Shown: positions 47,965 through 57,931 of the stretch, piece by piece
Layout of the letters: each line of letters starts with the position of its first letter
Position numbering within the stretch: position 1 is the first letter of the stretch
Assembly (NCBI GenBank): GCA_965243135.1
Contig: OZ251539.1
Coordinates: 4,448,001-4,512,000 of the forward strand
Direction of reading: 5' to 3'
DNA from: Alphaproteobacteria bacterium
GTDB lineage: Bacteria > Pseudomonadota > Alphaproteobacteria > MPNO01 > UBA830
Length of the DNA: 64,000 nucleotides
Position numbers and translations under genes: made by a program
The notes under the pieces: generated by a model
The model's database searches: none
What the model saw: the letters and a program-made list of their open reading frames with translations, nothing else
Told to the model about the DNA's origin: nothing

Positions 47965-49740
47965 ATGAGCCGCAGGAAGCGAGGACGAAGGCCGCCCGGC
48001 AAGCCGGCGAAGCGGCCCGCCCCGCCGCCAGCCCGCTCGCCGGCTCCGGCTGCGCCGACCATTGGAGACTGGTTCGCTCAACCGCTTGCCGTCCCGGCCC
48101 TCGTCCTGCTGGTGGCCGTCAGCTACGGTCCAGCGTATTTCGCCGGCTTCGTATGGGACGATCGGGTCTTCGCCCAAGCCCTCGCCGTTCGGGACGTGGA
48201 CGGTCTCGGACGCCTCTGGTTCTCGCCTTCGGAGCTCAGGGACGAGGGGCATTACTGGCCGCTGGTCTATACGACCTTCTGGCTTGAGCACAAGCTCTGG
48301 GGGTTCGCTCCGGCCGGCTACCACATCGTCAACGTTCTCCTGCACATCGCCAACACCCTGCTTCTCTGGCGTCTGGCCGAACGGCTGGCCGTGCCCGGCG
48401 CGTGGGCAATCGCCGCCGTCTTCGCCGTCCATCCCCTGCACGTCGAGTCCGTCGCCTGGGTCATCGAACGCAAGGACCTGCTCTCGGGCCTGTTCTACCT
48501 CGCCGCCTTCCTGACCTGGATCCGCTTCGTCGAGCGGCCGCGGCCCGGAAGTTACCTCCTGGTGCTGGCGCTGTTCGCGCTGGGAATGCTCTGCAAGTCC
48601 ATCGTGGTGACGCTGCCCGCGGCGCTGGCGATCTGGCACTGGTGGAAGCAGGGCCGGATCTCGGGAACCGACCTCCTCCGGCTGGCGCCTCTCGCCGCCG
48701 CGGGCGCGGCGATCGCGGCGCTGGACGTGTCGTTCTACAACGAGAGGGAGCCGGTTTCCCTGGGCTACACGGCGGTCGAGCGGCTGCTGATCGCGGCGCA
48801 GGCGCTGTGGTTCTACGTCGGCAAGCTGCTGTGGCCGGGCGGGCTGGCGGTGATCTATCCGCATTGGGAAGTGAGCGCCGGAAACCCGGCGGGGTGGGCC
48901 TGCCTCGCGGCGGCGGCCGCGGCGGTCGCGGGCCTGTGGCTCCTCCGTCATCGGCTCGGCCGGGGACCCCTCGCGGGCGTTCTGTTCTTCGCGGTGACGC
49001 TGTCGCCGGTGCTGGGGTTCGTGGACTACGGCTACATGCAGTTCTCGTTCGTGGCCGACCGCCACCAGTATCTGGCGGGGATCGGGCTGATCGCGGTGCT
49101 CGTGGGCGCGGCGGCGCGCGGCGCGAGCCGCCTGCCGGCGTGGCGCAAGGGCGCGGCCGGCGCCGCGGCCGTCGTGCTGGTCGTCCTCGGGGCGCTGACG
49201 TGGCGGCACGCGGAAATCTACCGAGACGGAATCACTCTCTTCAACCACGTCATTGCGCACAATCCCACGGCGCGGTTCGCTCATCGCAATCTTGGCGAAG
49301 CCCTGACCAAGTTGGGAAAATGGGAGGAAGCTCTCGCCGCCTTTCGCGTCGCCGTGGCGCAGACCCCGGACGACGCCCGCGACCATTCCAACGTGGGAGC
49401 CGCGCTGATCATGCTGGATCGGCACGACGAGGCCGAGGAACCGTTTCGCCGCGCCTTGGCGCTGGATCCGAAATCCACCTACGCCCTGCAGAACTTCGCC
49501 TCGCTCAGGACCAGGCAGCAACGCTATCGCGAAGCTCTCGATCTCTTTCGCCGCCTCGTCCGGGTCGATCCCCGCAATCCGAGCGCCCACCATGGGATGG
49601 GCACCGTGCTTTATTTTCTCGAAAGACCCGAAGAGGCGCTCGCTTCCCTGGAGCGGGCGCTGGCCCTGGATCCCCTGCGCGACGACATACGCACCAATCG
49701 CGACCAGGTGCTGACGTTCCTGCGGCGGCGCGAGCGATGA
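47965..49740 (+). CDS. TMTC-like GT-C glycosyltransferase with C-terminal TPRs (copy 2)
   Basis: Start MSRRKRG at 47965; same motifs. 48253-49220 is nearly identical to 45948-46915. Confidence 0.85.
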   Translation: MSRRKRGRRPPGKPAKRPAPPPARSPAPAAPTIGDWFAQPLAVPALVLLVAVSYGPAYFAGFVWDDRVFAQALAVRDVDGLGRLWFSPSELRDEGHYWPLVYTTFWLEHKLWGFAPAGYHIVNVLLHIANTLLLWRLAERLAVPGAWAIAAVFAVHPLHVESVAWVIERKDLLSGLFYLAAFLTWIRFVERPRPGSYLLVLALFALGMLCKSIVVTLPAALAIWHWWKQGRISGTDLLRLAPLAAAGAAIAALDVSFYNEREPVSLGYTAVERLLIAAQALWFYVGKLLWPGGLAVIYPHWEVSAGNPAGWACLAAAAAAVAGLWLLRHRLGRGPLAGVLFFAVTLSPVLGFVDYGYMQFSFVADRHQYLAGIGLIAVLVGAAARGASRLPAWRKGAAGAAAVVLVVLGALTWRHAEIYRDGITLFNHVIAHNPTARFAHRNLGEALTKLGKWEEALAAFRVAVAQTPDDARDHSNVGAALIMLDRHDEAEEPFRRALALDPKSTYALQNFASLRTRQQRYREALDLFRRLVRVDPRNPSAHHGMGTVLYFLERPEEALASLERALALDPLRDDIRTNRDQVLTFLRRRER

Positions 49741-51878
49741 CCCGACGCGGACGAAACGCGGAACGCGCGGGCCGGAAGAGGCGGCGGCCGATCGGCAAGC
49801 GGCGGCAGTCGGCCGACAGGCCGGCGCGGCGGAGGCCGGCCGGCAAGCTGGCGGCATGGCTGCAGTCTCTGCCGTCGCTCCCGGATCTTCACGATCTCAA
49901 GCCCCGGACGGACGCCGTCGGCCTCGCGCTGCTGTTCGCCGGCGCATTCGCGCTGTACGCCGTTTCCGCGCCGCGCGGCGTCGTTCTGGAGGACGACGGC
50001 CTCTTCATCACCACCGCAACGTTCGCCGGGGTCGCGCATCCGCCGGGATATCCCCTGTACATCCTTCTCGGCTGGCTCGCCACGCTGGTTCCGCTCGGCG
50101 AGGTCGCCTGGCGCGTCCACGCGCTCAGCGGCCTGATGGGCGCACTTGCCTGCGCCTGCGTCGCGTGGGTCGTGCTGCGCCGCACCGGCAATCGGCCCGC
50201 CGCCTTGCTGGCCGGCGCAGCTCTCGCGGTCTCCGAGCATTTTTGGTCCCAGGCGATCATCGCCGACGTCTACACGACCAATGCCGCCGCAGTGTTCCTG
50301 ACGATGGCCCTTGCGCAGGAGGCGGCGGCGGCGCGGAGCGCGCGCTTGTGGGTCGCGGCGGCCGCCGTCTGCGGGCTCGGCCTCGCCAACCACTACCCGC
50401 TTCTGATTCTGGCGAGTCCCCTGTTCCTCGCTTACGCCGTCGGGGCGGGGAGGGATTTCTGGCGCAGGCTCCCCTATCTGATCCCGGTCGCCGCGCTCGC
50501 CGTGGCCGCTCTCTACGGCTGGATGGTGTGGCGATCCCACCAGCCGCTTCCGGTCAATTTTCTGGGTCCGATCCAATCCTGGAGCGAGTTCCTCTCTTTC
50601 GTCGACCGCAGCATTTACTCGCACATCGACCAGAATCCCAACGCCGGCCTCGTCGACAAGTTCTATTTCGCCGGGCACTTCACGATGCAGGCGCTGCTGC
50701 AGTTCGGCGTGATCGGCACCCTCGCCGCGCTCTGGGGCGCGGTCGCTTCGTGGCGGCGCGGCTGGCGGCTCGGAATCTCCTGCGAGGCGCTCGCGTTCGC
50801 GGCCAGCAGCTTTCTGCTGGTCGCCATGCTCGGTTTCAACTACGAGCCCCTCAGGATTTCCACCTTCCGCCCGTATCCGCTGGTCGCCTACGGCGTTCTC
50901 GCGCTCTGGCTGGGCCTCGGCGCGCACGCGTTGACGCTATGGGCGCGAGGCCGGCGCAGGCCGTTGCTTCCGGCCGTCTATGCGGCGTGCGCGCTCCTCG
51001 TGGCGGCCCTCGGCGGCCGGAACTTCGAGATCAACGACAGATCCCGTGAACGGTTCGCCGAGGAGCAGGCGCGGGCGTTGCTCGACGTCCTCAAGAAAGA
51101 CAGCGCCTTCGTCCTGTACGCGGATCCGTTCGTCGGCCCGATATCCTATCTCCACTGGGTGAAAGGGCTGCGTCCGGATTTGCGGCTGCTGGAGTATCAC
51201 GGCGTGTACTTCGACGATCGGGTCGTGCGTCCGTTGTGGACCACGAAACGGAAGACCGCCGGCTGGGCCGAGTTTCTCCGGAACGCGGACCGGCCGGTGT
51301 ATTCCCTCTGGTACGGCCCGGCCTTTTCGAAAGCGGGTCTGGCGCACGTGGGCTTCTTCGTGCAAGTTCACAGGGAAGTCGGGCCGGGCCGGATCGAAAT
51401 CCGGCCCAACGACAAGGCGAAGGAATACTTCAGGAAACTGATGACGATGCCGACGCCCAGGGATCTGGCCAGCGCCGTCCACCGGAACGAAATGCTCAGG
51501 GCCTACGGCGAATACATGGGTCTGGCGCAGGTGAACGCAAAAACCGCGATGAACGAATACGTCGCGGACATCGTGCCTCTGGCGGCCGAAAACTACTGGT
51601 CGCTGATGGGGATGTCGAAGGCGCTCGTGAGTCAACCGGGCGACCGGCCGCTGCGGCTGGCGGAAACCTACCTGCGAAAGGCGAGGCGCGTCGCGGACGA
51701 CGACCTCGGCAAGGAAGCCAGGGCGACGGCGATCTTCGTGGAAGCTCAAATCGAGCGGCGAAAGGGCAATCTCGACAAGGCGAAGGCCTTGTTCCGCGAG
51801 TCCCTGCGGATCGACCGGGGTCCGGACAACCCGTCCCGCGAGGCGCTCGCGAGGATGGGACCCGCCGCGCGGAAGTGA
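49737..51878 (+). CDS. DUF2723 / TMEM260-like GT-C mannosyltransferase with a C-terminal TPR
   Basis: ATGA-overlap start at 49737; DDG.F.....GVAHPPGYPLY, FWSQA..ADVY, GLANH. Confidence 0.85.
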   Translation: MTRRGRNAERAGRKRRRPIGKRRQSADRPARRRPAGKLAAWLQSLPSLPDLHDLKPRTDAVGLALLFAGAFALYAVSAPRGVVLEDDGLFITTATFAGVAHPPGYPLYILLGWLATLVPLGEVAWRVHALSGLMGALACACVAWVVLRRTGNRPAALLAGAALAVSEHFWSQAIIADVYTTNAAAVFLTMALAQEAAAARSARLWVAAAAVCGLGLANHYPLLILASPLFLAYAVGAGRDFWRRLPYLIPVAALAVAALYGWMVWRSHQPLPVNFLGPIQSWSEFLSFVDRSIYSHIDQNPNAGLVDKFYFAGHFTMQALLQFGVIGTLAALWGAVASWRRGWRLGISCEALAFAASSFLLVAMLGFNYEPLRISTFRPYPLVAYGVLALWLGLGAHALTLWARGRRRPLLPAVYAACALLVAALGGRNFEINDRSRERFAEEQARALLDVLKKDSAFVLYADPFVGPISYLHWVKGLRPDLRLLEYHGVYFDDRVVRPLWTTKRKTAGWAEFLRNADRPVYSLWYGPAFSKAGLAHVGFFVQVHREVGPGRIEIRPNDKAKEYFRKLMTMPTPRDLASAVHRNEMLRAYGEYMGLAQVNAKTAMNEYVADIVPLAAENYWSLMGMSKALVSQPGDRPLRLAETYLRKARRVADDDLGKEARATAIFVEAQIERRKGNLDKAKALFRESLRIDRGPDNPSREALARMGPAARK

Positions 51879-51900
51879 TTGCCGAACGTCGGGCCGGGAC

Positions 51901-53601
51901 ATGCGAGCGAAGCGAAGGAAGGGTCAGGCGCGGCGACGCGCGACGACGCGCCGGGAAGAGCGGCGCTGGACGGCGCGCGCGACCCTCGCCGCCGCGCCGG
52001 AGGTTCTGCTGCATCCGCGCCAGCCCGGGGAACCAGCATGGAAATATTTCTGGCCCGTGCTCGCGCTGGCTTTCGCGGCGCGCGGCTTCGTCGCCCTTTC
52101 CGGCGACTTCGCCGCGCACCCGGACGAGATCATGCAGTACCTGGAACAGGCGCACCGCCTGGTCTTCGGCAACGGCATCCTCCATTGGGAGCAATTCTAC
52201 GGCGCGCGTTCTTGGCTGGTGCCCGGCCTGATCGCAGGGGTCCTGGCAGCGTTCGACTTCGTCGGCCTCGGCCGGCCTGCCTGGTACGTCGACGGGGTCA
52301 AGTTGGTTTTCTGCGCCATTTCCCTCGCGATTCCTGCGGGAATGTACTTCTTCGCGCGGCGGCACTTCAGCGAAAGCGCGGCGCGGGTCGCGCTGCTGGC
52401 CGGAGCGTTCTGGTACGAGTTGGTCGGCTTCGCGCACAAGCCGATGACCGAGTTCGTGGCCACCGCTCTCGTTGCGGCGCTGCTCGTCCTTTGCGCGCGC
52501 CCCGCCCCGCTCGGGGCCGGGACCGTCTGGTCGGCGGCCTTTCTCGCGGTGCTGGCCGCGGCGGTGCGGATGCAATACGCCCCGGTCGCGGTCGCGTTGC
52601 TCTTTCTGCTCTTTCTTCGCGCCGGCGGACCGGGAGCGGCGTGGTGGCGCGGCGGGCGGGCGCAAATCGCGTTCGCCGCCGTCCTGTTCCTTCTTGCCGT
52701 CGGCGCGTTCGACGCGGCGACGTGGGACGCCGAATTGTTCCGCTCCTATCTCGCCAACCTGCGGTTCAATCTGGCGCTGGAGGAAGCGCGCGCCGGCACG
52801 AGTCCGCCTTGGCAGTACCTGTGGTGGTCCCTGCTGACCGCGGCGGGATTGAGCGCCGTCTGTCTGGCGCTGGCGCTGCGCGACCTGCGCCGTTACGGAC
52901 TCCTCCTCGCGCTGATCGCTCTCGTCCTGATCATCCATTCCGCGGAGTCGCACAAGGAGTACCGCTTCGTCTTCGTCCTGATCCCGCTCTGGCTGCTGAT
53001 CGGCGCGGACGGCGCGGCGCGGCTCGCGGCGCGCAAGCCGGCGTGGGTCTACGGCGCCGCCGGCTCCCTGTTCGCGGCGATCTCGCTTGCGGGGATCCTG
53101 AACGCCCTGCCTCGCCAGGACGACGCCTACAGGCTGATCTTCGCGCCCGCGGAGACTCCCGTGCGGTTCGTCCGCGACCAGGATCCCTCGTTCGCCGCCT
53201 ATCGCTACCTCGCCAAGGCGCCCGGCGTCGAGGCCGTCTGGCACATCGGCCGCTACTACCACAGCCTTCCCGGCTACTATTATCTGCACCGCTCGATTCC
53301 GCTTTACGACTCCGTGACCGGCGTCCGCCTCATCGGCACGCAGATGCCGAAAATCCTGGCCTCGGTCACCCACATCCTGACCGCGGACCGCGGCTTGACA
53401 GCGCCCGGCTACGCCCTTGACAGGGAGTTCGGGGACATCCGAATTCTGCGCCGCCAGGAGAACGAGGTCCCCGTCCGCCAATGGCGGACGTTCACGCCTA
53501 CGGTGACCGAGAGCTCGGCCGACCGCATCATGACCCGGCTCTACCCCGACGGCCCGCGGCCGCCGGCGGATTTCGGAATCAGCTTCGCGGAGCCGGAATG
53601 A
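51901..53601 (+). CDS. PIG-B/Alg9-like (GT22) mannosyltransferase
   Basis: HPDEIMQYLEQAHRLVFG.G...WE...GARSW, HKEYRF. Confidence 0.85.
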   Translation: MRAKRRKGQARRRATTRREERRWTARATLAAAPEVLLHPRQPGEPAWKYFWPVLALAFAARGFVALSGDFAAHPDEIMQYLEQAHRLVFGNGILHWEQFYGARSWLVPGLIAGVLAAFDFVGLGRPAWYVDGVKLVFCAISLAIPAGMYFFARRHFSESAARVALLAGAFWYELVGFAHKPMTEFVATALVAALLVLCARPAPLGAGTVWSAAFLAVLAAAVRMQYAPVAVALLFLLFLRAGGPGAAWWRGGRAQIAFAAVLFLLAVGAFDAATWDAELFRSYLANLRFNLALEEARAGTSPPWQYLWWSLLTAAGLSAVCLALALRDLRRYGLLLALIALVLIIHSAESHKEYRFVFVLIPLWLLIGADGAARLAARKPAWVYGAAGSLFAAISLAGILNALPRQDDAYRLIFAPAETPVRFVRDQDPSFAAYRYLAKAPGVEAVWHIGRYYHSLPGYYYLHRSIPLYDSVTGVRLIGTQMPKILASVTHILTADRGLTAPGYALDREFGDIRILRRQENEVPVRQWRTFTPTVTESSADRIMTRLYPDGPRPPADFGISFAEPE

Positions 53602-55040
53602 CGGCCGGCGCGCGGATGCCCGCGATTCTGCCGGTGGTTCTGGCGGGCGGCTCGGGCACGCGCCTGTGGCCGCTGTCCCGAGCGCTCCATCCGAAGCAGT
53701 TTCTCGCCCTGACCGGCGGCCGCACGATGATGCAGGAGACGCTGCTTCGTCTGGCCGAAGCGGAAGGCGCGCTGGATCCCTGCATCGTATGCAACGAGGA
53801 ACATCGGTTCCTGGCGGCCGAGCAGTGCCGCGAGATCGGGAGCTCGTGGAGCGTCATCATGCTGGAAGGGGCGCCCCGCGGCACGGCGCCCGCCGCCGCC
53901 CTCGCCGCCTGCCGAGCCCTCGCGGCCGGGGAAGATCCGGCGTTGCTCGTCGCGCCCTCCGACGGTTACGTCGAGAGCGCCGAGCGTTTCCGGCAGGCGG
54001 TCGCCGACGGCCTCCCCGCGGCCGCCGACGGGCATCTCGTGACGTTCGGCGTGCCCCCGGCGGCGGCGGAAACCGGCTACGGGTACATTCGCGCCGGGGA
54101 AGCGCTCGGGGGCGGCGCGCGGCGCGTCGACGAATTCGTCGAGAAACCCGACCGCGAGGCCGCCGAACGGTATGTCGAGTCGGGGGCTTTCCTCTGGAAC
54201 AGCGGCATCTTCCTTTTCAAGGCGAGCGCCTGGGCGGAGGCGCTTTCGCGGCACGCGCCGGAGATCCTCGCGAGCTGCCGGGCGGCGATCGAGAAGGGAA
54301 AGGCGGATCTGGATTTTTTCCGGCCGGGTCCGGAGTTCGCGAACGCGCCCGCGGCCTCGATCGATCGCGCCGTCATGGAACGGACGAACGACGCGGCCGT
54401 CGTGCCGCTGGAAACCGGCTGGAGCGATCTGGGCTCCTGGCCGGCGCTTCATTCGGCGAGCCCCGGAGACGGCGACGGGAACGCGATTTCCGGAGACGTG
54501 GTCGCGGTCGGGACCACCAACTCGCTGGTGCGAGCCGAAAGCCGGCTGGTGGCGACGGTGGGGATCGACCGGTTGATCGTCGTCGAAACCGCGGACGCGG
54601 TGCTGGTGTCGTCGTGGGAAGCGAGCCAGCGGGTGAGGGAAGCCGTCGCGCGCCTCGAAGCGCGCGAGGAACACCGCGCCCACCGGCGCGTCCATCGTCC
54701 GTGGGGGTCGTTCGAGACCGTGGAGGACGGACCCGGATACCGGGTGAAGCGGCTCGCGATCAAGCCCGGCGCGCGGATCTCCCTGCAATCGCACCGGCAC
54801 CGGTCGGAGCACTGGGTCGTCGTGCGCGGGACGGCGCAGGTGACGCGCGACGACGCCAAGCTGATCCTTTCCGAGAACCAGTCGACCTACATTCCGCGCG
54901 GCAGCCGCCACCGGCTGGGCAATGCCGGCGAAGAGCCGCTCGAAATAATCGAGGTGCAGGTCGGCACCCTGATCGACGAGGATGACATCGTAAGGTTCGA
55001 TGACGACTTCGGCAGAGATTCCGGCGAGCGCGGGGAATGA
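53598..55040 (+). CDS. manC: Mannose-1-phosphate guanylyltransferase / mannose-6-phosphate isomerase
   Basis: LAGGSGTRLWPLSR..PKQF, ETGYGYI, FVEKP, WNSG, WSDLGSW, cupin SLQSHRHRSEHW. Confidence 0.95.
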   Translation: MTAGARMPAILPVVLAGGSGTRLWPLSRALHPKQFLALTGGRTMMQETLLRLAEAEGALDPCIVCNEEHRFLAAEQCREIGSSWSVIMLEGAPRGTAPAAALAACRALAAGEDPALLVAPSDGYVESAERFRQAVADGLPAAADGHLVTFGVPPAAAETGYGYIRAGEALGGGARRVDEFVEKPDREAAERYVESGAFLWNSGIFLFKASAWAEALSRHAPEILASCRAAIEKGKADLDFFRPGPEFANAPAASIDRAVMERTNDAAVVPLETGWSDLGSWPALHSASPGDGDGNAISGDVVAVGTTNSLVRAESRLVATVGIDRLIVVETADAVLVSSWEASQRVREAVARLEAREEHRAHRRVHRPWGSFETVEDGPGYRVKRLAIKPGARISLQSHRHRSEHWVVVRGTAQVTRDDAKLILSENQSTYIPRGSRHRLGNAGEEPLEIIEVQVGTLIDEDDIVRFDDDFGRDSGERGE

Positions 55041-55052
55041 CCGCGCGCCCGG

Positions 55053-56174
55053 CTACGGCGTCGGCTTCTCGCGAAACGTCCAGTAGGAATTGACGAAATA
55101 ATTGAGCGCCGCGGCCGGCAGGATGGCGCAAGCCTGGAGCCACACGGGCGGGACCTCGGGAAAGGGCATCGACAGGCCGACGAAGGTGGCGTAGCTCAGC
55201 GCCAGGGTCGCCAGCGCGACGACGTTGAATTTCAGACCCCGGATGCGCTTGCGGCCGATCATGACCCGTTCGGCGAAGGTCCAGTAGTTGTTCATCAGGA
55301 AATTCGAGACGATCGACAGCTCGATCGCGACGGGCGACGCCAGAAACTTGTGCAGGCCGAGTTCGAGAAGGATCTGGAACGCCCCGAGGTTGACCAGGGC
55401 GCCGACGAGCCCCGTAAGGCCGTATCTGACGAGAACGCGGTAGCTCACCAGACGCAGCCACCAGATGCTGTAGAAGAACTCAAGGATGCTCGCGGCACCG
55501 AGCTTGGTCACTCCAAGCTCTCGGTCGCGGAAATGGATCGGCTCCTCGACGACCCGGGCGCCGGAATGGAGAAGGCGGTGCAACAGCACCACCTGGAACG
55601 TATGGCCGCGCACGCCGATGTCCTCCACCCGCGCGGCCCTGAGCGCCGCGGTCCGGATCGCCTTGAAGCCCGCCGTGCAGTCGCGCACTCCCTTCAGACC
55701 GGCGATCGAGCGGGCGAAGCGGTTGCCCCAGCGGGACAGCAACCGCCGACGCATGTGCCACAGCGGGTCGATCGTGCCGCCGGCGACGTAGCGGCTGCCG
55801 ATCGCCACGTCCGCGCCGTCCGCAAGCCGGTCCAGAAGGCGTTGCGCATCCGCGGGATCGTGGGAGAAGTCGGCGTCGATCTGCACGACCGCGTCGGCGC
55901 CGAGGACATCCATGGCGTGTATCATGCCCTGCACATAGGCCTGTCCGAACCCCCGCCTCGGGCCTTCGAGAAGATGGACGCGGCCGTCCGACTCGGCGAA
56001 CTCCCGGACCAGGCGTCCGGTGCCGTCCGGACTCTCGTCGTCGACGACCAGAAACGCCGTATCGGCATCCCGGTGCAGCTCGGTCAGGCGCCGCAGCAAC
56101 GGCACGATGTTCGGCGCTTCGTTATAGGTGGGAACGACGAAGCATACGCCGACCCCGGGAGTTTCCCGCTCCAT
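55053..56174 (-). CDS. Polyprenol-phosphate-mannose synthase (Dpm1/Ppm1-like GT2) fused to a GtrA domain
   Basis: VPTYNE, VDDESPDGTG, DADFSHDP, IGSRY, DCTAGF, F.DR..G.TK; C-terminal 4-TM with NFLMN..WTF. Confidence 0.9.
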   Translation of the reverse strand: MERETPGVGVCFVVPTYNEAPNIVPLLRRLTELHRDADTAFLVVDDESPDGTGRLVREFAESDGRVHLLEGPRRGFGQAYVQGMIHAMDVLGADAVVQIDADFSHDPADAQRLLDRLADGADVAIGSRYVAGGTIDPLWHMRRRLLSRWGNRFARSIAGLKGVRDCTAGFKAIRTAALRAARVEDIGVRGHTFQVVLLHRLLHSGARVVEEPIHFRDRELGVTKLGAASILEFFYSIWWLRLVSYRVLVRYGLTGLVGALVNLGAFQILLELGLHKFLASPVAIELSIVSNFLMNNYWTFAERVMIGRKRIRGLKFNVVALATLALSYATFVGLSMPFPEVPPVWLQACAILPAAALNYFVNSYWTFREKPTP

Positions 56175-56400
56175 GGCCCCCTTTTCTCTAAAAGAACGGC
56201 CTCGCGGCCCGACCGGAATTTAAACGAATTCCGGCGCTTCGCCACCGCCCGCGTTCGGGCGGCGGGGCCAACTCGCTCCGGGTCCGCGGCGGAGAGCCGC
56301 CGTTTTCGTTCGAACGATCCGGCGGCCGCGCCGCCGCTTGCGAACCTGTCGGCGGGCGGCAAAAAAATTTCGCGGAGCGAACGCGCGCCTAAAAAAGGTA

Positions 56401-56430
56401 TTGACATCTCTCTGAAGTTCGCTTTATGTA
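56401..56430 (+). promoter_or_regulatory. sigma70-like promoter upstream of rpn
   Basis: TTGACA at 56401, 18 nt, TATGTA; A-tracts upstream. Confidence 0.45.
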
Positions 56431-56477
56431 TGAGAAAAAGCTGCGACGACGCTCGCCGGAAACCGACAGGAGCCGAC

Positions 56478-57482
56478 ATGGTTCACGACATCTACGATGC
56501 CGCCATGAAAACGCTTTTCGACAATCCGCGGTCCGTCGAGGATTTGGCTTGCGGCTTCCTCCGGGTGGACCTTGGCGGAGAGTTGGACTTCCGCACCCTG
56601 GAACAGGCTCCGTCGCAGTTCGTCGACGGCGACCTGCAGCAGAGCCGCGCCGACATGGTCTGGCGCATCCGCCTGCGCATGGAAGACAGCGAGGTCGATG
56701 TGCTTCTGCTGCTGGAGTTCCAGTCGCGCGTCGACCGGGAGATGGTCTTGCGCATCAACTCTTACACGTCGGAGTTGTACAGGAAACTCATCCGCGGCGG
56801 CGCGAAGACGATGCCGGCGATGCTGCCGATCGTCGTTTACGACGGCGAGCCGCCCTGGTCGGCCGCGCTCGGAACGGAGGAGATCGTTCCGACGGTCAGG
56901 GCCGACATGCCGGACTTCCAGTTGCGGCAGTACTATTTTCTCGTTGACGTGCACCGGCTGAAGGTAGAGGATCTGCCCGAGGACAACGTGTTTTCCTTCC
57001 GGGTGCGGGTCGCCCGGGGCGCGTGGCCCGAGATCCGGGCGGATCTGCGGAGATGGAAGGACGACCCGGCGTTCGCGGCCGACCGCGGCCTCAGGAAGGC
57101 GGTGGCGGCGCTGGTGGCGCGCGAGTTCAACCGGAGCGAGCGAGCGCCACCCGACATGGAACCGGAGTTGGAACGGTTCGTGGAAAGAGGAGATCTCGGT
57201 GCGATGGAAGCTTTGTTTGACACGGTTTTCGCCGACGGCATAAAACGGGGCTTGGCCGACGGAATGGAACGGGGTCTGGCCGACGGAATGGAACGGCAAC
57301 GGACGATGCTTGTGCGCCAGGCAGCGCGGAAGTTCGGTCCGGGGGCCGCGAACCGCCTCGATGCGTTCCTGGCGGGCGTCGACGACCCGGAACGGCTTGT
57401 CGAGATCGGCGGCCTGCTGATCGACCGCGCCGACGGCGAGGAGTTCCTTTCCCGCGCGACGAGCTCTGCCCAACGGCGCTGA
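56478..57482 (+). CDS. Rpn/YhgA-like PD-(D/E)XK nuclease (recombination-promoting nuclease family)
   Basis: RBS AGGAG; D...K.LF, RADMVW, LLEFQS..D..M..R, LPIVVYDG..PW; GLADGMER repeats. Confidence 0.88.
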   Translation: MVHDIYDAAMKTLFDNPRSVEDLACGFLRVDLGGELDFRTLEQAPSQFVDGDLQQSRADMVWRIRLRMEDSEVDVLLLLEFQSRVDREMVLRINSYTSELYRKLIRGGAKTMPAMLPIVVYDGEPPWSAALGTEEIVPTVRADMPDFQLRQYYFLVDVHRLKVEDLPEDNVFSFRVRVARGAWPEIRADLRRWKDDPAFAADRGLRKAVAALVAREFNRSERAPPDMEPELERFVERGDLGAMEALFDTVFADGIKRGLADGMERGLADGMERQRTMLVRQAARKFGPGAANRLDAFLAGVDDPERLVEIGGLLIDRADGEEFLSRATSSAQRR

Positions 57483-57604
57483 CGCGACAGGCGAAAGCGC
57501 CGCCGCCGACGTTCGCGCCGCCGCGCCCGAACCGCGCTGCGAATCGCTCGGCGGCAGGCCCGGACAAGGACGGCCTCCGCCGGAAAATGGCGCGAACGCC
57601 CCTT

Positions 57605-57931
57605 TCAAGAGCGTTCCTTCACGCGTTTGAGGATTTCGCAAGCCATGTCGACCGCTTGCGCCGCTTCCGATCCTGACATCGCGCCGCCGCGCCGTTCCAT
57701 CAGGCAGATCAGAAGGCGGCCTGCGAGATCGGACACGAACCGGGTGCGTTCGTCGATGCCTTCGCTCTCCATGGCCTCAAGCCGCGCCTCGGCTCGTTCG
57801 AGAAGATAGGCGAGGCCGTCGCCAAGGGAGGAAAGTTGGTCGCCGATATCCTTGCCGTTGCCGTGATCCTTGGCGGCGTCAGCAACTTGCCGCCGGAGGC
57901 GAACAATTTCGTTCAGAATGTCCTCGGCCAT
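57605..57931 (-). CDS. Hypothetical helical protein
   Basis: 108-aa ORF with AGAGGA upstream and normal composition. Confidence 0.55.
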   Translation of the reverse strand: MAEDILNEIVRLRRQVADAAKDHGNGKDIGDQLSSLGDGLAYLLERAEARLEAMESEGIDERTRFVSDLAGRLLICLMERRGGAMSGSEAAQAVDMACEILKRVKERS

